A stretch of DNA of 64,000 nt, from assembly GCF_009914755.1 (NCBI RefSeq), contig NC_060935.1; one strand, given 5' to 3'. The DNA comes from the human T2T-CHM13v2.0 reference genome, Homo sapiens. Of this stretch, positions 40,295-57,468 are shown one piece after another. A program made the translations under genes and the position numbers. The stretch's first letter is position 1, and each line of letters starts with the position of its first letter. Under the pieces are notes generated by a model, which was given only the letters and a program-made list of their open reading frames with translations, ran no database searches and was not told where the DNA came from.

Positions 40295-41350
40295 TATATT
40301 ATTTTCACTGGAAGTTTTGAAATTCCAGAAATATGCTTGGAAATCCCCGCTTGAAATCTCCTTGGTTGGAAACCAGTCCAGTGGGTGACTGGCCCAGAAT
40401 GATGCTTCTCCTCGGTGGACCCCCTGGGCTGAGCAGCCTGTGTTCCTGCCTCAACTCCCCTGAACCCTCCTGAACTTTCTACACACATGTGGGCACTGGC
40501 TTTGATACTGGCATTTGGAAGGGCACTTGGGAAATTCAGAGAAGTACCCATTATTAAGATAAATGATGTTTTATCAATGAAGCAGACTTTTCATTTCTTT
40601 TTATTGATCTTCATGTTTTCACATCTTGAGATGCAATTTGTTAGCACAGGCTGTCATTCCAAGACACACAAATGTCATTAAGGCAACCGCTTAAAGGAGT
40701 GTGATATTTTATTGAGGTAGACAGGACAATAGATAAATATTTAATCTGTTACATGTTTGCTCTGTGTGGAGCCAGGGTTGGGGCTGCACAACTCTCTGGC
40801 TGCTATGTGTCTTCCTGGAAACCCTGTCAAAGGCCTTACCGCCTGCCTGGAGAAACACAGTGCCTGCCCTTGGCAAATATATGTTGGTGTATCTGAAAAA
40901 CAGCTCCTGGAAGCTTTTTCTCATTCAGGCTTTAGGGGTTACCCCATCTTTCCTTATGTGTGTAATATTGGAGAATGTACACTCTCACTGAACTGGGGAT
41001 GTTTGACTTAAAATGATGGACAATAAGATAGTGAGCAGTAAGTGTGCTCTAGGCTAGGCTACGAGAGGCCATGAGCTCCTCATCTCTTCTCTGTTCTGAG
41101 CTCTCTGATCCACTGCACTTGGGGCAGGGGGTGCATTCTCTGTGCCTCTCCTGAGTCTACTTTCTGCATCATTGGTTCTCCCAGCTCACTTCCATAATGT
41201 CCTCCTAGGCTGCATTGGAATTGTGTGTTGTCTAGACCCATGGCCAAGACTGTCATTGCCTGTGAGGGAGACCAAGCTCACCACCAAGGGCTTTTGCCAG
41301 ATTGCTTTCATTTACAGAATTTGCCCATTCATGTGTCTTTGTGTTTATGG

Positions 41351-41356
41351 ATTAAA
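41351..41356 (+). terminator. Candidate distal polyadenylation signal ATTAAA
   Basis: ATTAAA, CA dinucleotides 13-17 nt downstream, then GU-rich tttggtgtgctttgtc at 41378-41393. Confidence 0.55.
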
Positions 41357-41609
41357 TGGCTTTCTGACCAGCATCCCTTTGGTGTGCTTTGTCAATAAGA
41401 TACAGAGCTTTCTCTCCCATTCTTTTCATGTGATTCCAATTCCCACATGGCAGCACAGACCCGCCCTAACACTGATGAAGTGGAACTCCAAACACCATGG
41501 GACAAGAATTCTGGTCACTGCCCTGGGCTGGACCCCAAACCTCTCACAATCAGAATGCAGTCAAGTCAGCGAATATTTGTGGAATGTCTGTTCTGTCTTC
41601 AACCCCACT

Positions 41610-41661
41610 CTCTGCACAAAATGGGTTGGGAAAGTCTCCGCACAAAATGGGTTGGGAAAGT
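41610..41661. repeat. 26-bp tandem duplication
   Basis: ctc(t/c)gcacaaaatgggttgggaaagt x2, one mismatch. Confidence 0.9.
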
Positions 41662-43419
41662 CCAGGGTCTCTTCCCAAATGACTCTCCCATCTTAGTGGG
41701 GATGACAGGTGCAGCTCATTTGAGGTAATTCAATGACATGATGAGATAGCATCAGATACCACTGAGGGTCCCTAGTTAGATTCTTCCAGAAAATACCCCA
41801 GCCACAGCTGCCATGGAATCTTTGGGAGCATCTCCCTCCAGGATCAACAACTTCATTTTCCACACAGATTTGCTGCTCCAAAAATCACACAACTCACCCT
41901 AAAGCCAAACGGAGACTTGGGGTCATTCTTCTAAAGTACTACTTGTTGCTAGGAAATCACTGGCTTTATGCTACAGATTCCAGATGACCAGCAATGACCC
42001 AAAGTCCAGCCTAGGCTCTACTGCCAGCCATTTCGACTTTGTCTTCACACACAGCTTCCTTGCCTCTCTAAACTCACCGTTTGGTCATCCCCATTGGCAG
42101 GCATCTCTACTCTTGTCCCAGAACATAAAATTACTGCAGAAAATTCCAGAATGGACATGCATCAGCCAATTACTTTGTCATTTTTCAATTGCCATTGCGT
42201 GCTCCCTGGCTTCTGAGAGTCCTCTAATTCTCACGGATTGCCTTCATCTTCCATACACCTGTGCCCTACCTAATCCCCATGTCCTTCCACTTTCTCCCCG
42301 CTTATGTCTTCATCTCTTCCTTCACCAAGAAAGTCAAAGCTATTTGCTTCATGTTCTTTCCATAGCATCTCAACATCTTTTCTCACTGCCTCTCTCACTA
42401 CCTCCTGCCCCAATTCTGAGGCTGCCACTTCCTCCACCTGCCTGCTCCAGGACTGACTCCCTCCTTCTCCAGCATCTTGACTTTCACTCCTAACACATAC
42501 AGGTTCCATTCTCACTGCAGTTCCATCTTCTGCCCTGTTTTACTTTTTCCTTAAGGCAATTTCCTGGTCTCATACAGACCCATGCTAATTCTATTTCCTT
42601 CCTTTCTCCCTTCTTTTATGAACCCCTAGATTCTGCCTTTAATTTTCCAGAAGATAAGTTGTCCTCTGAGTTGTCAGCACTGAACCCACTGGCTGGCCCT
42701 GGCCCCACTCCCCTGCTCCACTCCTCCAGGAACTTGGCTGCCACAGCCTCAGGGGCACTGCATTTGTCCCCTTCTCACCCGCCCTCTGGCTATAGCTCTG
42801 TGTGCTCCTAGGTGGAGGTCTTTCCTCTCCCCACCCCCGAACATGGGTGTTCTCTGGAAGTGCCCTCCACACGTCTCTTCCTACATGTCCCCTGGCTTCC
42901 ACCCCTGCTTGCCCTCCCTCCAACCCCAAGATCTCACCCATCCGCGTGGGCATGTCCAGCTTCACAGCATCTTTCAAGCGGGCTACCCCTTGTCCCCCTT
43001 AGCACATTCCAAACTGGATTTTTATCCTTCACCAGCCCTGCTCCTTCTTAGACATCCCTCATCTCTTCGAGAGCTACCATCTCCTTCCAGACCCACAAAG
43101 GAGTTCTACATTTTCTGCTCCCCCCAACACATCCAATCAGTTCTACCAATTGCTCCTTCATGAACCATCTGTTTTGCACTGGTCCTCTCCCTCTGTGGAC
43201 CCCCAACTAGTCCCCTAATCTAGGCCTCATCCTCTCATGCCCAGATATTGCAATGACTCTTAACTAGTTGCAGGGTTTTTTTCCCCATATTTTTTTCTTT
43301 CTATGCTCTAAAATCTATCACTATATTAAGAAGTTTCTCTTTAAGCTATCCATTCTGTGTGTATTCCCTGCCAAAACTTCTGGAAACACAGCTAATTTCA
43401 CATCCCTCTCAATTAATAC

Positions 43420-43650
43420 TAACAGTTGTGTTTATTGAGCACTTACAGTGTACACTTCACACAAATAATCTCCTTTGGTCCTTTCAACAGTCCTGTGAGG
43501 TAGGTTCTATTATCCCCATGTTATAGGCAAAAAATTAAAAAATAAAAAACATAATGAAGGCACAGAAAGATTTAGTGACATGATCCAGGTTCCATGTCTT
43601 GTAAGTGACAGAGCTTTGAGTCCTGGCCACGTGGCTCCAGAGTTGAGGTT
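43420..43650. mobile_element. MIR
   Basis: tttattgagcacttac...ctgtgaggtaggttctattatccccat. Confidence 0.7.
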
Positions 43651-44598
43651 CTAGCCGTTTAAACATGGTGTATCTTCAGAACCTTTGGTGGTTCCCACCT
43701 TTGTTTCCTGCCAGCAGCTGTTCTCCTTTGCCTTGTTTTCAAATGGAACTCCCGAAACAACCAGGCTCTGAACTGATAAGGCTGTCACTAATTCATTTAT
43801 TCTTCATTTGTTCAATAAATATTTAAACACTGCCTATGATGCCAGATGCTGCGCTAGGCATGGGAGAATCCACAGCAAACAAAACAGACATGCTCTCAGC
43901 CTCATGCGCTTATGCTCTAGTGACTTCCAAGCCTTGACACTTCCCTCTGACCCTTGATTCAGATCCAGATGGAACCAGGCTGCATCTCCTTCCAAGCTTT
44001 AGCTCGGTCTGACCCTCTCCAACAACAGTCACTGCTAGGATCCTGTTACTTCCTCCTCCGGTTGTGCCTTGCATAACCTGTGTGCTGCCAGAGCCTAGGG
44101 TGTTCCAAGAGAGACACATGCTCCGGCTGCCAACCCCCTTTCTGCTCAGGAGACCGCAACTCAGTGATGATCTCCAGTGGAAAAAGAAAGACTTGAAATA
44201 AATTCTTGTTGGACTCCAGCCATGTACCATGCACAGAAACCTATCCATCATGTAGATGCTAACCTGTCAGGTAGGTGCTATAGTTACCCATTTTACAGAA
44301 GAGAAAACAGAGGTTCGCCAGCTGGCTTCAAATCTAGCTCTGTCTGACTCTGAAGTCTTCATTCTCTCCAGGATGTCCTGCTGCCTCCACATTCCTTTAA
44401 CCCTGGCTCCCCAACACCACACAGGCTAGAGGTGAGGTCATGATCAGTGTCAACGAGGTTTGATTCCAACTGTGAATCAAAATTCCTTTTACCATCACAA
44501 ATACTGTTTCCTCTTGACTTTATGTATTTATCTAGTTAATTGACGGAAGGGGAGTGGTGGGGCTTTTCTTAACTGATTGCAGGAAACTCTGAAATTAA

Positions 44599-44898
<300 letters not shown>

Positions 44899-47800
44899 TT
44901 GAAGTATTCTTTTAAGGGTATGCTCTGTGTCTTTTTATGCGAAACACTTGGTTATTTGGAGTACTCTGGGAAGAGGCACAGGTATGAATGCCTGAGGAAG
45001 CCTCACTTCCTCTCCAACAAACAAGTGGCCTGTCTCTGCCCTTGTGGGGACTTGGGGGGCTGTCCTCCTCTGGGTAGAAAGCTAGAGGCAGGTTGAGCTC
45101 CCGGCTTCTGGACTGGAGTTGGGGGGAGAGGGAAGGACATGGGTGGTACAGAGGCTGGAGTCTGCAGCACCACCCCAGCTGACCAGTGCTGGGCCCAGGG
45201 AAATAGCCAGGCTTGCTGAGGTCTCATAGGCAGGAACACACAAGCTGGTCACAGTTCAGGCAGGTGTACAGGGAAAGGAGGATTCCAGCAGGTAGGGCTA
45301 AGCGACAGGCAGCAAGCAGGGCTTGAGATCAGGGGAGATGGCACCACACAGAGGGGGCTGGCCCAGTCTGCCAGCCTCAGACAGGGGACCAGCTGGAATT
45401 AGTAGTGGGCTTTTTGAGTCCCATTGGGCAATTGCTGTGCAGGGCAGGTGAAGGCAGGAGCTTAGGCCCGTGAGAGGGATGAGAGAGCCAGGGAGGAGGG
45501 TGCTGTCATCAAACAATGTCCAGGTGCTCCAGGTAGATACTAGGTCTTTAATAACAGAACTTTTCCAGGGCTGTTGAGTTATTGCCTGCCTGTGAACCTC
45601 TACCTCCCCACACTGCACATCAGCAGATTGGTTCCTGAGACTGTGGCTGGGAACACCAGTAGACCCAGAGACAGGGGACTGAAAAAGCAAGATGACAGCA
45701 ATCCTGACTTACGGCCTACTTGAGCCCAGAGCCCTGCCTGGAAGCACACGGCTCCACTGGCACAGCCTGTGCCCATATGTGAATAGACTTTACTGAAAGG
45801 CTCTGCTTCCTCCATTCGTGACTCAGCTTTACTCACACTGGCTGTTTCAAAAGTTGAAGATGTACATCAATGCATGTTTATAATAAGCCTATGAGATCAT
45901 TTTACAAAATCAAATTCCAGGGACTGAGAGAAAACAAGTCACAGGCAGCAAGTTTCTTCTCTTGGATTTTCCCAATGTGAAAATCTGCAGTCAGGTTACA
46001 CTGCTAGAGACTCGACTCAGGGGAAGCCCAGGGGAGAGAGTGCAAGCACATTTTATTAGGATAGCCAGAACCCCTGAAAACTTTGATTTAGGGGCAAAGG
46101 GCCTATGTTCAAGCCTGGCATTTGCTAACTGTCTGATACTGGGCAAATCACTGTACCTCTGAGCCTCTCCGTCGGTAGTGAGGATGTAAGGGGGGCTTGT
46201 CACTTGTTGAATCCTGGTTTGATTTTGCCTGGCTCAGAAGTGTCTCCCACCCCGCCATCTTCAGGCCTCTCTCCTGAACCTATGCTCCAACTATGAGAGT
46301 AATCATCCCACACCGAGGAGGGCCACTCCACAACCCAGGGCTGGTGAAGAGGCTCAACAATAGTGTGGCTATGGACACTCTGTAAACCTGAAAGCTCCAC
46401 AGCAGTAGGGGTTCCTAGTGCTACCGTTATTCCTGCAAGCCTTAGGCCAGGGTTGGCAAATAGTACCATGCTTCCTCTGCTCCTCACATATCTATGGCAG
46501 ACATTACTAATCAACCCAGCACTCTCCCCATTGCCTTTTGACTAGTGATGTCTTTGGGAGAGTGGGAGGGAGACAGGAATATTACAAGGAAAGCTGCTTG
46601 CCATTGTAGCCTTGTACAAATTTTATAGCTCAGGATGCCAATACAAGGCTCCAAATAAATTCTTAATGCCCACTCCTGGACCAATCAGTTATGATTGGGG
46701 ATGGGGCAGGAGGTAAAATATATAGAAAGATAGTAGCTACCACTCAAACTACATATTTACCAGAAGGCAGCATGTTTATCTGCTCAAGATGTTCTGTTTT
46801 TAGCCTCCAGAAAAGCCACGTCCCTAGGTTCTGAGGGTAGTACCAAGTCCATGTTAGAGATGAGCAAAGAAGCCCAGATAGGTTAAGTGGAGTGGCCAAA
46901 ATAACCCTGTAGAAAGGGGTAGAACTGTCTGACTCCAGCTTCCAAGCATCTTACCTTTAGGCAGGAAGGCAAGGGTTCCAAACACCCACGCATTCCCCAG
47001 GCAAGCTCACCAAGGCCCACTGACCCCAGCAGCCAGAGGACAGCCCTGAAAAGTGAGGGGCGGGAGTCCTTGGCTATGTTCTAAGAACTGAGAGAAGCAT
47101 TCACAATGAAATCCAGAAGGCTCTTTGGAGAAGTCTGCAGTTTTGGAACAATCCTGCTAAGTCATAGATGCTTTGAATTCCTTAGCTTTTGCCTTCAGAA
47201 TTCCTGGCAGCTGCAGACAGTGGATGAGTATTCGTGGACAGACACTGATTTCTCCCCTGCTGGCGAAGGCCAGGGCAGGCCAGGTCCAAGACTGAGAAGC
47301 CAGCAGACTGAATCTCCACTCTAGAGAAGTCTAGAAGCAGGAAGGGCTTGTGCAGTGGATGCTGTGGTACCCCCTGCCCAGGTGGCCCTGAGGGCCAAGG
47401 CACTCATTCTTCCCTCTCTCCCTACCCTCCACACCCCCAGCTGCCTCCCACTGCATGATAGGCCCTGCTGAAGAAAGATGTGAGCCTATCTCCAAGATGA
47501 CACGCCCTTGCATGGGCACCCAAGGACTGGTCGGTGCACACAGTCAGTGCATACACTTTCTTCCATCTGGACATCTCTGAAGGGAAGAGGCTCTTTCAAG
47601 ATCCTCCCTCCAGCCCCAGAGCTCCAGGTAGGAGCAGTTGAGGCCACCCTCACTGCATATCACAGCCTAGCTCCTCACCCTGAGCTCTCGCTCCCTCACT
47701 GGTGTTGTTCCTGGGCTCACTCCCCAGTAAGCCACCTGCTCATATACCTCCATCTCAGAACCTGCCTCCCTGAGACCAGAACGGGGGCTGCTTGAAAAGA

Positions 47801-50800
47801 AAAGAGAAAGAAGAATCCTGGAGGTGGGACGCTCAGCGTTCTTAGAAATAATCGCATCTAGCCCCACCACTGCAGAGGGGAGAGAGTTTGCCCAAGGTCA
47901 CAGAGCCCGTTGATGGCAAAGCTGGCTCCAGGGACCTCTGACCCCCCATTCCCTCCATTCTTGGGGCTGATATTAAAACTGCTGACATGTTTGAATGTTA
48001 TTTGTATGTAAGCATTTTCTCTAATCATCACAGCACCCTCTGAGGTAGGTGTGATTAACTTCATGTTTTTACAGATGATAAAACAGCCTCCAAGAAGTTG
48101 TAAGTGAGTTGCTCAAGGTTGCACTGCTTGCACGTGGCAGAGGTGGGATCCAACCCAGGTCTGTGTGATTCCCACGCCCACATTCTTTGCACGATGGCAC
48201 ATTTCCTCTGGCTGTTTTGGGAAAGAGGGGGTCTTTGGATTGTTATGAGGCTTCCCAGACCTGCGTGGGTCCTATGCCCTGCTACTCTGAGCATAGAACC
48301 AGAGGTAGCAGGGCACAGGGCGTAGTTCCCTCCCCTAAGAGAACCTCAGGGAGGCCCTCTGTGGAGGAGGCACACACTACCGGCCTCAGCGAGCCCCGGC
48401 CCAGGTGTGGCCCCTGTGTGGAGCGTCACCTTTGGCAGATCAAGTTCCCACTCATTCCTCAGGGCAGCCCTGTTACTCTACATTCCAGCCCAGGGATGCC
48501 GCAGCTTTAGGGCCAGGATTTAAACCAAATATCCTGCCTCTCCCCAGGGATGTCCCCAAAGGTGGTAGAAATGTGTCACATTCACACTCTGTACACAAGA
48601 CTCAGCAATGTTGTGATCCAAGATGTGGCTCACTGAGGAGGCAGGAGGAACCTCTCAGGATGACATACAATGAGGGAGCTATGAATATAAAATTCTCATT
48701 GCATATCAGCCAGAACAGGAAAGGAGGCATTCCCTCTGCATAAGTGAGAAAGGGAAATGGGCAGGAAGCCAGGTGGGCCGACCTGCCATCCCTGTGGGCT
48801 CCTGCACCACCCCCCACATGCACACATCTCTGGACCCCGTGTACCTCAGCTAATAAAGCCTCTACCTGCAACTTCCACCTCATCCAGTTTCTGAACATAC
48901 TTGTGGACCCTCAGTGCCCCAATGACATTATTTTACTCAAGGCTAGCAGCTAAGATCCAAGGGGCTGTGGCCCTAAGCAGTGGTCTCTCCCCATTCCCCA
49001 ACACACCTGAGTCTCTGCCTTGGTCTCCTTGCCTGGCACTCTTGTTTCCCAAAGGAATTATTGCTGCTTGTGGAGCCAACCTGCTTGACTGAGGTTTTCA
49101 CATCAGGCCCAGCCCCTGGCTTTCTTTTCTGGGTGTCAGGGCGAAGGATGTCAGTATCTATGCTCCAAAATCTGGCCATTGGTGTTCCTTCTCAAAGGGA
49201 GAGAGTGCCCAGAACTGTGCCATGGTGGAGACAGCAGAGATCTGGGGATCAGTAGCCCAAACACAGAGAGAGGGTGGTCAGACGTGGGCACAGTACTACA
49301 GGGCTCCTGTGATGCTCCTTCTGAGCTCCTGAAGCTCAGGCAAGGTTTAGATGGGATGGACCTGGGAAGAAACTATCCCATAGGCAGACATGGCATCCAA
49401 TATCCAACGTCAGGAAGAAAGTGGGGGTTCTGGCTAGGGACAAGGCACTTGGCAGATTCAAAGCGCCAGAGAAGCATGAAAGGCTGAGCCCCAGGACAGA
49501 AGAGGCCTCAAGGGCTGGACTCTGAGTCTTAGGTTGAAGGACGGAACTGCATCTGGACTAGCAGCGACAGTCCTGGAGATGGTAAAGCCAACCAGGGCAA
49601 AGAGATGAGGGCTCTTGACCCTGGGATGTTCACATTCTATAATGTGTGGCTGAGGAATGCCAAGTGAGCAATCCCAAAAAAGTGATCTGGGTGGGCAATG
49701 GAATGTCCAGGGATGCTGCAAGAGACAAAAGTAAAGGTGCTCAGTCTTGGAGAGGACCTGGGGCAGAATGAGACAAGATTCAGACACAAATATGCAGACT
49801 AGGGAGCAGAGCCAGCCCCAGGTAACACCATGAGGTGAATCATTAGAAAAACAGTTCTGAGATCTGTGTTTGAAAACCAGCCCCGCTCCTGAGTTGCTGA
49901 GAGACTTTGGACGAGTCACTTAAGGAAATGCATGGACCACTCAAACGGAGTGAGAAAAAATTAACAATGAGACGATTGATGAGAATGTAAGGAAGGGGCT
50001 ATTTTCAAAGGTGGGGTAGGATTAAGGGAAGCAACAAGGGCTGATAAAGCCCTGGGGCTGGCAGCAGTGGGTAGTTGGTGCCATGCCAGGGACAGAGGCT
50101 ATTACTGGAACCCAGCGAGATCTATAACTATGAGAAAACTGGACAGGAGCCATGTCTTTAGGTAGAGGAATCCACTCACTTCTACCAGACTGAGGCCAGG
50201 CAGGGAGGGAGCGGAAGGGTAAACATCTCCTTCCTCCTCCTCCCGCCCTCCAGTCTCCTGCCAGCACCTACCAGAGGGAGGCCAGAGCCCAGGGCAGCCC
50301 AGCTGCGCTGTCCATAGGTGAGGCTCCTGGAACACAGGGAAGGTAGAGAGAGTTTCCAAGTGGGCCTGCAGGGGCAAACAGAACACGCAGCATGCCCTCT
50401 CTGAAAACTTATCCTTACCCACAAAATGAGGCAACAGTATTTGTCCTTCTTACCTCTTAGGGGGCTATGAGGATGGGCAGGAAGTTCAAGCTTCAGGGGA
50501 GGGGAAACTGGATGCCTCTTTAAGTTCCTTTCAGCTCTCAGTGCCCAGGATTCTCAGTAAATAAAATCACTGAAAGAAAAACTGGACAGAAGAGAAAAGC
50601 CTGGAGAAGCTCAGTAGACCTATTCCAGAGAGACAGCAGAGTTCAAGTCTGAATTCAAGTGGCCACCACAGTTGGAACAAACATCCTTAGGAGACAGTGG
50701 GGCGTATTGAAAAGGAGTGGTTAAAAGACCCAGATTCAAATTCTGGCTTTGCCATTTATTATTCCTGGTGTACCTCCAGGAAAGGTACTAAATCCTTCTG

Positions 50801-51587
50801 AGCCTTAATATCCTGAACGGTAAAAATGGGAATAACGCCCTCCTAACACATATGTAGACTTGTTATAAAGATCAAATTCAAGGAGAAGATGCACCCCAGT
50901 ACTGGCAGACAGCAGGTTCTCATTCCGTGTGAGTTCCTTACTTTCCTTGCTTAGGAACACGGGTCATGGAAGGAAATCGCACAAACTTAACATGAACTGG
51001 TGAAAGTAAAAGTGAAAAAGCAAGTGAATTCTATGTGACTCTGGAGATGGGTTGCCCAGGAAACCTATCCCACTAAAGGAGGACTGGGGAAGGCCTGCAA
51101 GAATCTCAGAAAGGCTGTAAGATAAGTACATGAGACTACAGAGTGACCTGATGTGAACGTCCAGGCATGACTCACACTCAGGGCAGACCAGGACTCTCCG
51201 TGTTCCAAAGCATGAACCAGCCAAAGCCCCAGGTCCCCACAGAGGCTGGTCCATCATGTCTCAATGAACACATACTTCAACAGGCATCCAGTGGCTTCCA
51301 GGTGCCCTGGTGGTTAGGACAGGCAGGTAGGGAAACCCTTGAGCACATGCTGTCCTCTGAGTCAGGGGCCATGCGCCTTGTTCGTTCAGTAAGGGATGTG
51401 AATCGGGTACTGAAGAAAGAGCCTGGATGCAGAGCCAGCAGTTCCAGATTCCATTCCAGCTCTGCCACTGGTTACAGCTTCTCCTTGGGTCTCCCCTTCT
51501 TTCGTCTACAGAATAGGGATGACATTATCCCCGTTTCAGAGTCTCCATAAGGATTCAGAAAGGACACATAGAAGAACACGTAAAAGT

Positions 51588-52559
<972 letters not shown>

Positions 52560-55199
52560 GGTCCCCAAACCCTGAACAGGTGGGAACTTATGCTCACTGG
52601 GATTGAGAACACAGGCATCTGGGCCCAAAACTCTGGGGAAAGAAATCATCTGGGGATTTGTGGTGGAACTAGTAGGGCAGACAGATTTGACAGAAGTGAC
52701 CTCCATGGTGATGAATTCACCAAGATTACACTCAGAGCAAACTGAGCCACTGCAGACTCATAGAAGGAGCACCAGCGAAAGGTGAGCAGTGAGATCCGAG
52801 GCTGGGAATGACAGGAGCTGGAAAGAGGAGAATCCTGCCTGAGCCAGGGAGGAGCTGGCTCCCCTTATAATTCCCCTCCTTCCCCGCACACCGTATGCTA
52901 GAATGCAGCGTGAACTGCTTAAGGTTCTCATTGCAGAGTGTGGGAGCAATCATTCCCTGCAAATCCTCTTAGCCTCATAAGAGCACTCCAGGTGTTGGTG
53001 ATAAAGGGAGCCAATCTGGGTGGACACTAACTATAACCATCCTAGTTCTCAGAATGGGCCAATCAAAGAGGTTCCCTTTCTGCTTCCCATTCTTTGTCTG
53101 CAAAGATGGCATCTCAGGTAGACTTGCTGCTTTCTGGATGTGCTTCCTGGGGCACCAGATTCCAGCCTGATTCCTGGCCCCTTCTCAGCCCTCTGTAAAT
53201 GTTCATGCTGCCACTCCTCCATGGGGTACACTGCCATCCAGGCCCAGGACAACTGACGCTCACTGTCTAATTTTGTGCTAAGCCCATTGTAAAAGGGTTC
53301 CTCCTTGGAGCAGCCTGGACCCAATGCCCAAGAGAGTGCCCAGGTCCCAGGCCCATTTTAAAAGCCAAGCAACCCAAGGCCCAGGATCTCCAGAACCCAG
53401 CCTTGTAGACTGGGCCTTCCTCTGCTGTAGCCTCCTCTCCTGTACACAGCCCTCCCTCACACCCCACTCCTCATCCCTCCTATTCCACTTGCTGGGCCCT
53501 GTTGACAAGGGTGATAGCTTTTCCTGCAGCCCCTGAACATCATGGCTGCTCCAGATGCTGTGCTGAGCTCCAGGAGTCTGAAAAGTCATCAGATGCGATC
53601 CTTGCCCTCAAAATGCCTATCCTGGGAATTGTAACTAGATCTGTGTGGGAATAGAAGGCTCAGAGTGGGAGTGAGTTTTGAAAGGAGGACAGGAGTTGGG
53701 TCATGAAGGACATCGAGTGTCAAACTATGGGACCTGACTTTGTCCTGCACAGAGGAAATCACAGAAGGTCTCTAAGGCTCTGTAAGCATGGAGGTGATAC
53801 AATCAGATGTGACCATGCAGTAAGGGGCCAAGGGCCCTGCCTGCGCCCAGAGCCCACACTGACGTGCTCAGCAACACCCTAGCCACCAGAGTTGTATCAA
53901 TGCACACATCGATGCCTTCTGACCCCGAGTCCAAGTGTGAGGCCAGCTGTGTCTTTGCTCCCTTACTCACCCCATCCCACAGTCTCCTTACTGTTCTTTC
54001 CAACATGATTGAGGGGTTTAAATGGTCTTGTTGAAGGCCCAGAAGTCTCCCAGAGTTCAAGATGGAACACAAATGTTACAGCACAGGCCTTGGAGACAGG
54101 CGGATTGAGACCTAAAACCAAAGGTCCTTTCTGTGTGACCTTGAACAGGCCACAACCCCTCTCTGAGCTGGGTTCTGTTTCAATACAATGGCTCTGGCTC
54201 ATTCCTGTGATGGTGCAATGAGATAAGATGTGTCAAGACAGCTAGTGAGTGGCCTGAGGAGCCAAAACAGTTCACTACTGCTTGCTGAATGTGAACCTGA
54301 CAGATCAGGCTGGAGTCTCTCCGGGAAGAGGCCCAGGCAGGCCCAATCCATTAGGGGAGAAAAAATTCCTAACTGGGAGAATTCTGGGGACCACCAGTTT
54401 TCTGCAGACTGTATCAGGCAGCCTTGTGACCCTCTCATGTCCCTGAGGTGGGAGGGGCTTGGGCTGCACTCTAAGGACTTAAAAGCTATTAATAGACGGC
54501 AGAGCTGTAGGTCATCGTCCGAGGGACTCCATGGCTTTCACCTCTGCTCTCAGTTGCAACAGCCCTTTAGAACCACTGGGAAAGGGTTGTGTTATTTGCA
54601 AAGCTGGTAGGGAGAGGGCATGAAATCCTTTCTAGAGAAGATCACCACTTTCCCCAAATGGTTTGTTTTCCAACAAACATCCATCCATTTCATCTCTCTG
54701 TTTCCAGCACAATAAATAAAAGCCTTACTTTTCTGCTCCTTGTTTAGTTATGTGGGTTTTTCTTCTGCATAATTGTCTGTAAACAGGAGCGCACATTGTA
54801 AAGCATGTCAACACTTTCTCATTTAATCCTTATGCTGAGGTAGGGACTACTTTTATCCTCATTTTACAGGTAAGACAACTGAGGCCATGAGAGCTTATGT
54901 GATTTGACCAAGCTGCAGAGCTGAAAATGGAATCTCCAGGATCAAGCTCAGGATTTCTGTCTCCACATCCTGCATGCTTCCCAGGGCTCCATGCTGCCTT
55001 TCATTCTCCTAAGAAGCTCCAACTAATGGCTTTTCAGAGTTGCTTTGTGAATAACACAGAAGCAGAGAATTTCAAAGTTTGAAAGGAGCCACCATGTTTC
55101 CCACACAAGGCAGGAATCCCTCCTGCAATATTCCTGGCAGATGGTCTTCCAGAAGGGGAGATGAGGGGAACCAAATTTAAGAACCTCATGAAGGAGTAT

Positions 55200-55725
55200 C
55201 TCATCTAGGTTGCTTTCTCTGACTTAACTGACCTAAACCATAAGGAAAATTCATCTACGTAACAAGAATCTCAGGGCTGATTAGATCAGTGGCTCAGATG
55301 CTATCAAGGACCCAGGTTCTCCCAGCTTTCAGCTCCGCCATCCTCAGGAGATTGGTGTGGTTCTCCACGTGGGCTCAAGATGGCTGCTCAGTTCCAGCCA
55401 TCACAGGCAATCAAACAATAGCCAGTGGAAAAGAGAAGACTGTTTTGGGGGCTATTTCTCCTCATGTGTATTCTTCCGCTTCTTTGACGCAACAAGACCT
55501 TTCTTGGCAGCCTTCAGTGACATCCTCTTATGTCTCCTTGGCCAGGACAGAGCCTCATGGCCACCCCTAAACTAATCACAGGCAAAGGCAATGAGGTCAT
55601 CAGGATGCTTCATCTGAAAGAATGAAGATTTACCCGGAGACAGAGACAGGAGACATAGGATTACTGAATACAATTGGGGTCTGTCAATAAGGAAAATAGG
55701 GAAAACTGTTTTGAGGGAGCTAACC
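55200..55725. mobile_element. Old MLT1 (J/K/L-like) LTR
   Basis: atcaaggacccagg...ctccgccatcctcag...caagatggctgc...cattggccag-like motifs. Confidence 0.55.
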
Positions 55726-56152
55726 AATTATCTCTGGTCTCAGTAGATGCATTTTCTCTGTCTTACAAATAAACTAATCTTCAGAAGAATTAAATAACTC
55801 AAATGCTTATCTGATAGACTAAGCAGCACTGAAACAATTTCTACACATAGGTGATACTCAACAAATCAGCTCAGTTTAATGCAAAAAACATTCAAGGGGC
55901 TGCCTACTATATGCCAAGAATCTGTAGTGTGCTAGGGGTGCAAAGATAAATGAGACAGAGTCTCTGCCCTTGAGCTTACAATCTGGTACTTTTTGATTAT
56001 TTTTATATGTTTTGGTCTACATTTTTCTCCTTATTACTGTAGTAACTAGCATTTAATTAGCACACATAATGTGCTTGGGATTTTGGAAATATATAACATT
56101 CATATCAAGATTCAGGATAATTATTTTCACTCCATTTGGCAGACAAGAAACT

Positions 56153-56425
56153 GAGGTGCATTGGCTCATGCCTGCAATCCCAGCATTTGGGAGGCCGAGG
56201 TGGGCAGATCGCTTGAGCTCAGGAGTTCAAGGCCAGCCTGGGAAACATGGCGAAACCCTGTGTCTAAAAAAAGATACAAAAATTAGCAAGGCATGGTGGT
56301 GCATGCCTGCAGTCCCAGGTACTTGGGGAGCTGAGGTGGAAGGATCACTTGAGCCCAGAAGTTTGAGACTGAAGTGAACTGTCTTTGCACCACTGTGCCC
56401 CAGCCTGGGTGACAAAGCTAGACCG
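56153..56425 (+). mobile_element. AluJ, sense, diverged
   Basis: Dimer lacking a clear tail. Confidence 0.85.
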
Positions 56426-56788
56426 TTACTTGCCCCAAATCATGTAACTCAGTTTCAGACCAAAAACACACTCAGGTCCTTGCTCAGGGCCCACCACTTT
56501 CCTGTGAATCACATTCTACATGTCCCTTATCCTACTAAATGTTCCAGAGTATAAATAAAAAACATATAACATGAAGCCAGTATGTGGATATGTAGGTCTC
56601 AAAAGTTACTGTGAAAAGACCAATATTTGTCTGTCTCTCATTGTACTTTTTACTCTATTCAGTGGGGGCTCCCCCTCCCCTACCTGAGATGCAAAGTTGG
56701 GCAGCTGCATCATTTTCTGCTGGTTCTTGGCTATTAGAATGCCTCACGCATTAAGTTCCCAATACAATAATTCACAGATTAAAATGTT

Positions 56789-57468
<680 letters not shown>

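Noticed and set aside
41142-42493. 184-aa and 169-aa ORFs near the distal poly(A) region
   Set aside because: Low-complexity Leu/Ser/Pro-rich translations of pyrimidine-rich, probably L2-derived DNA. No domain or splice support.
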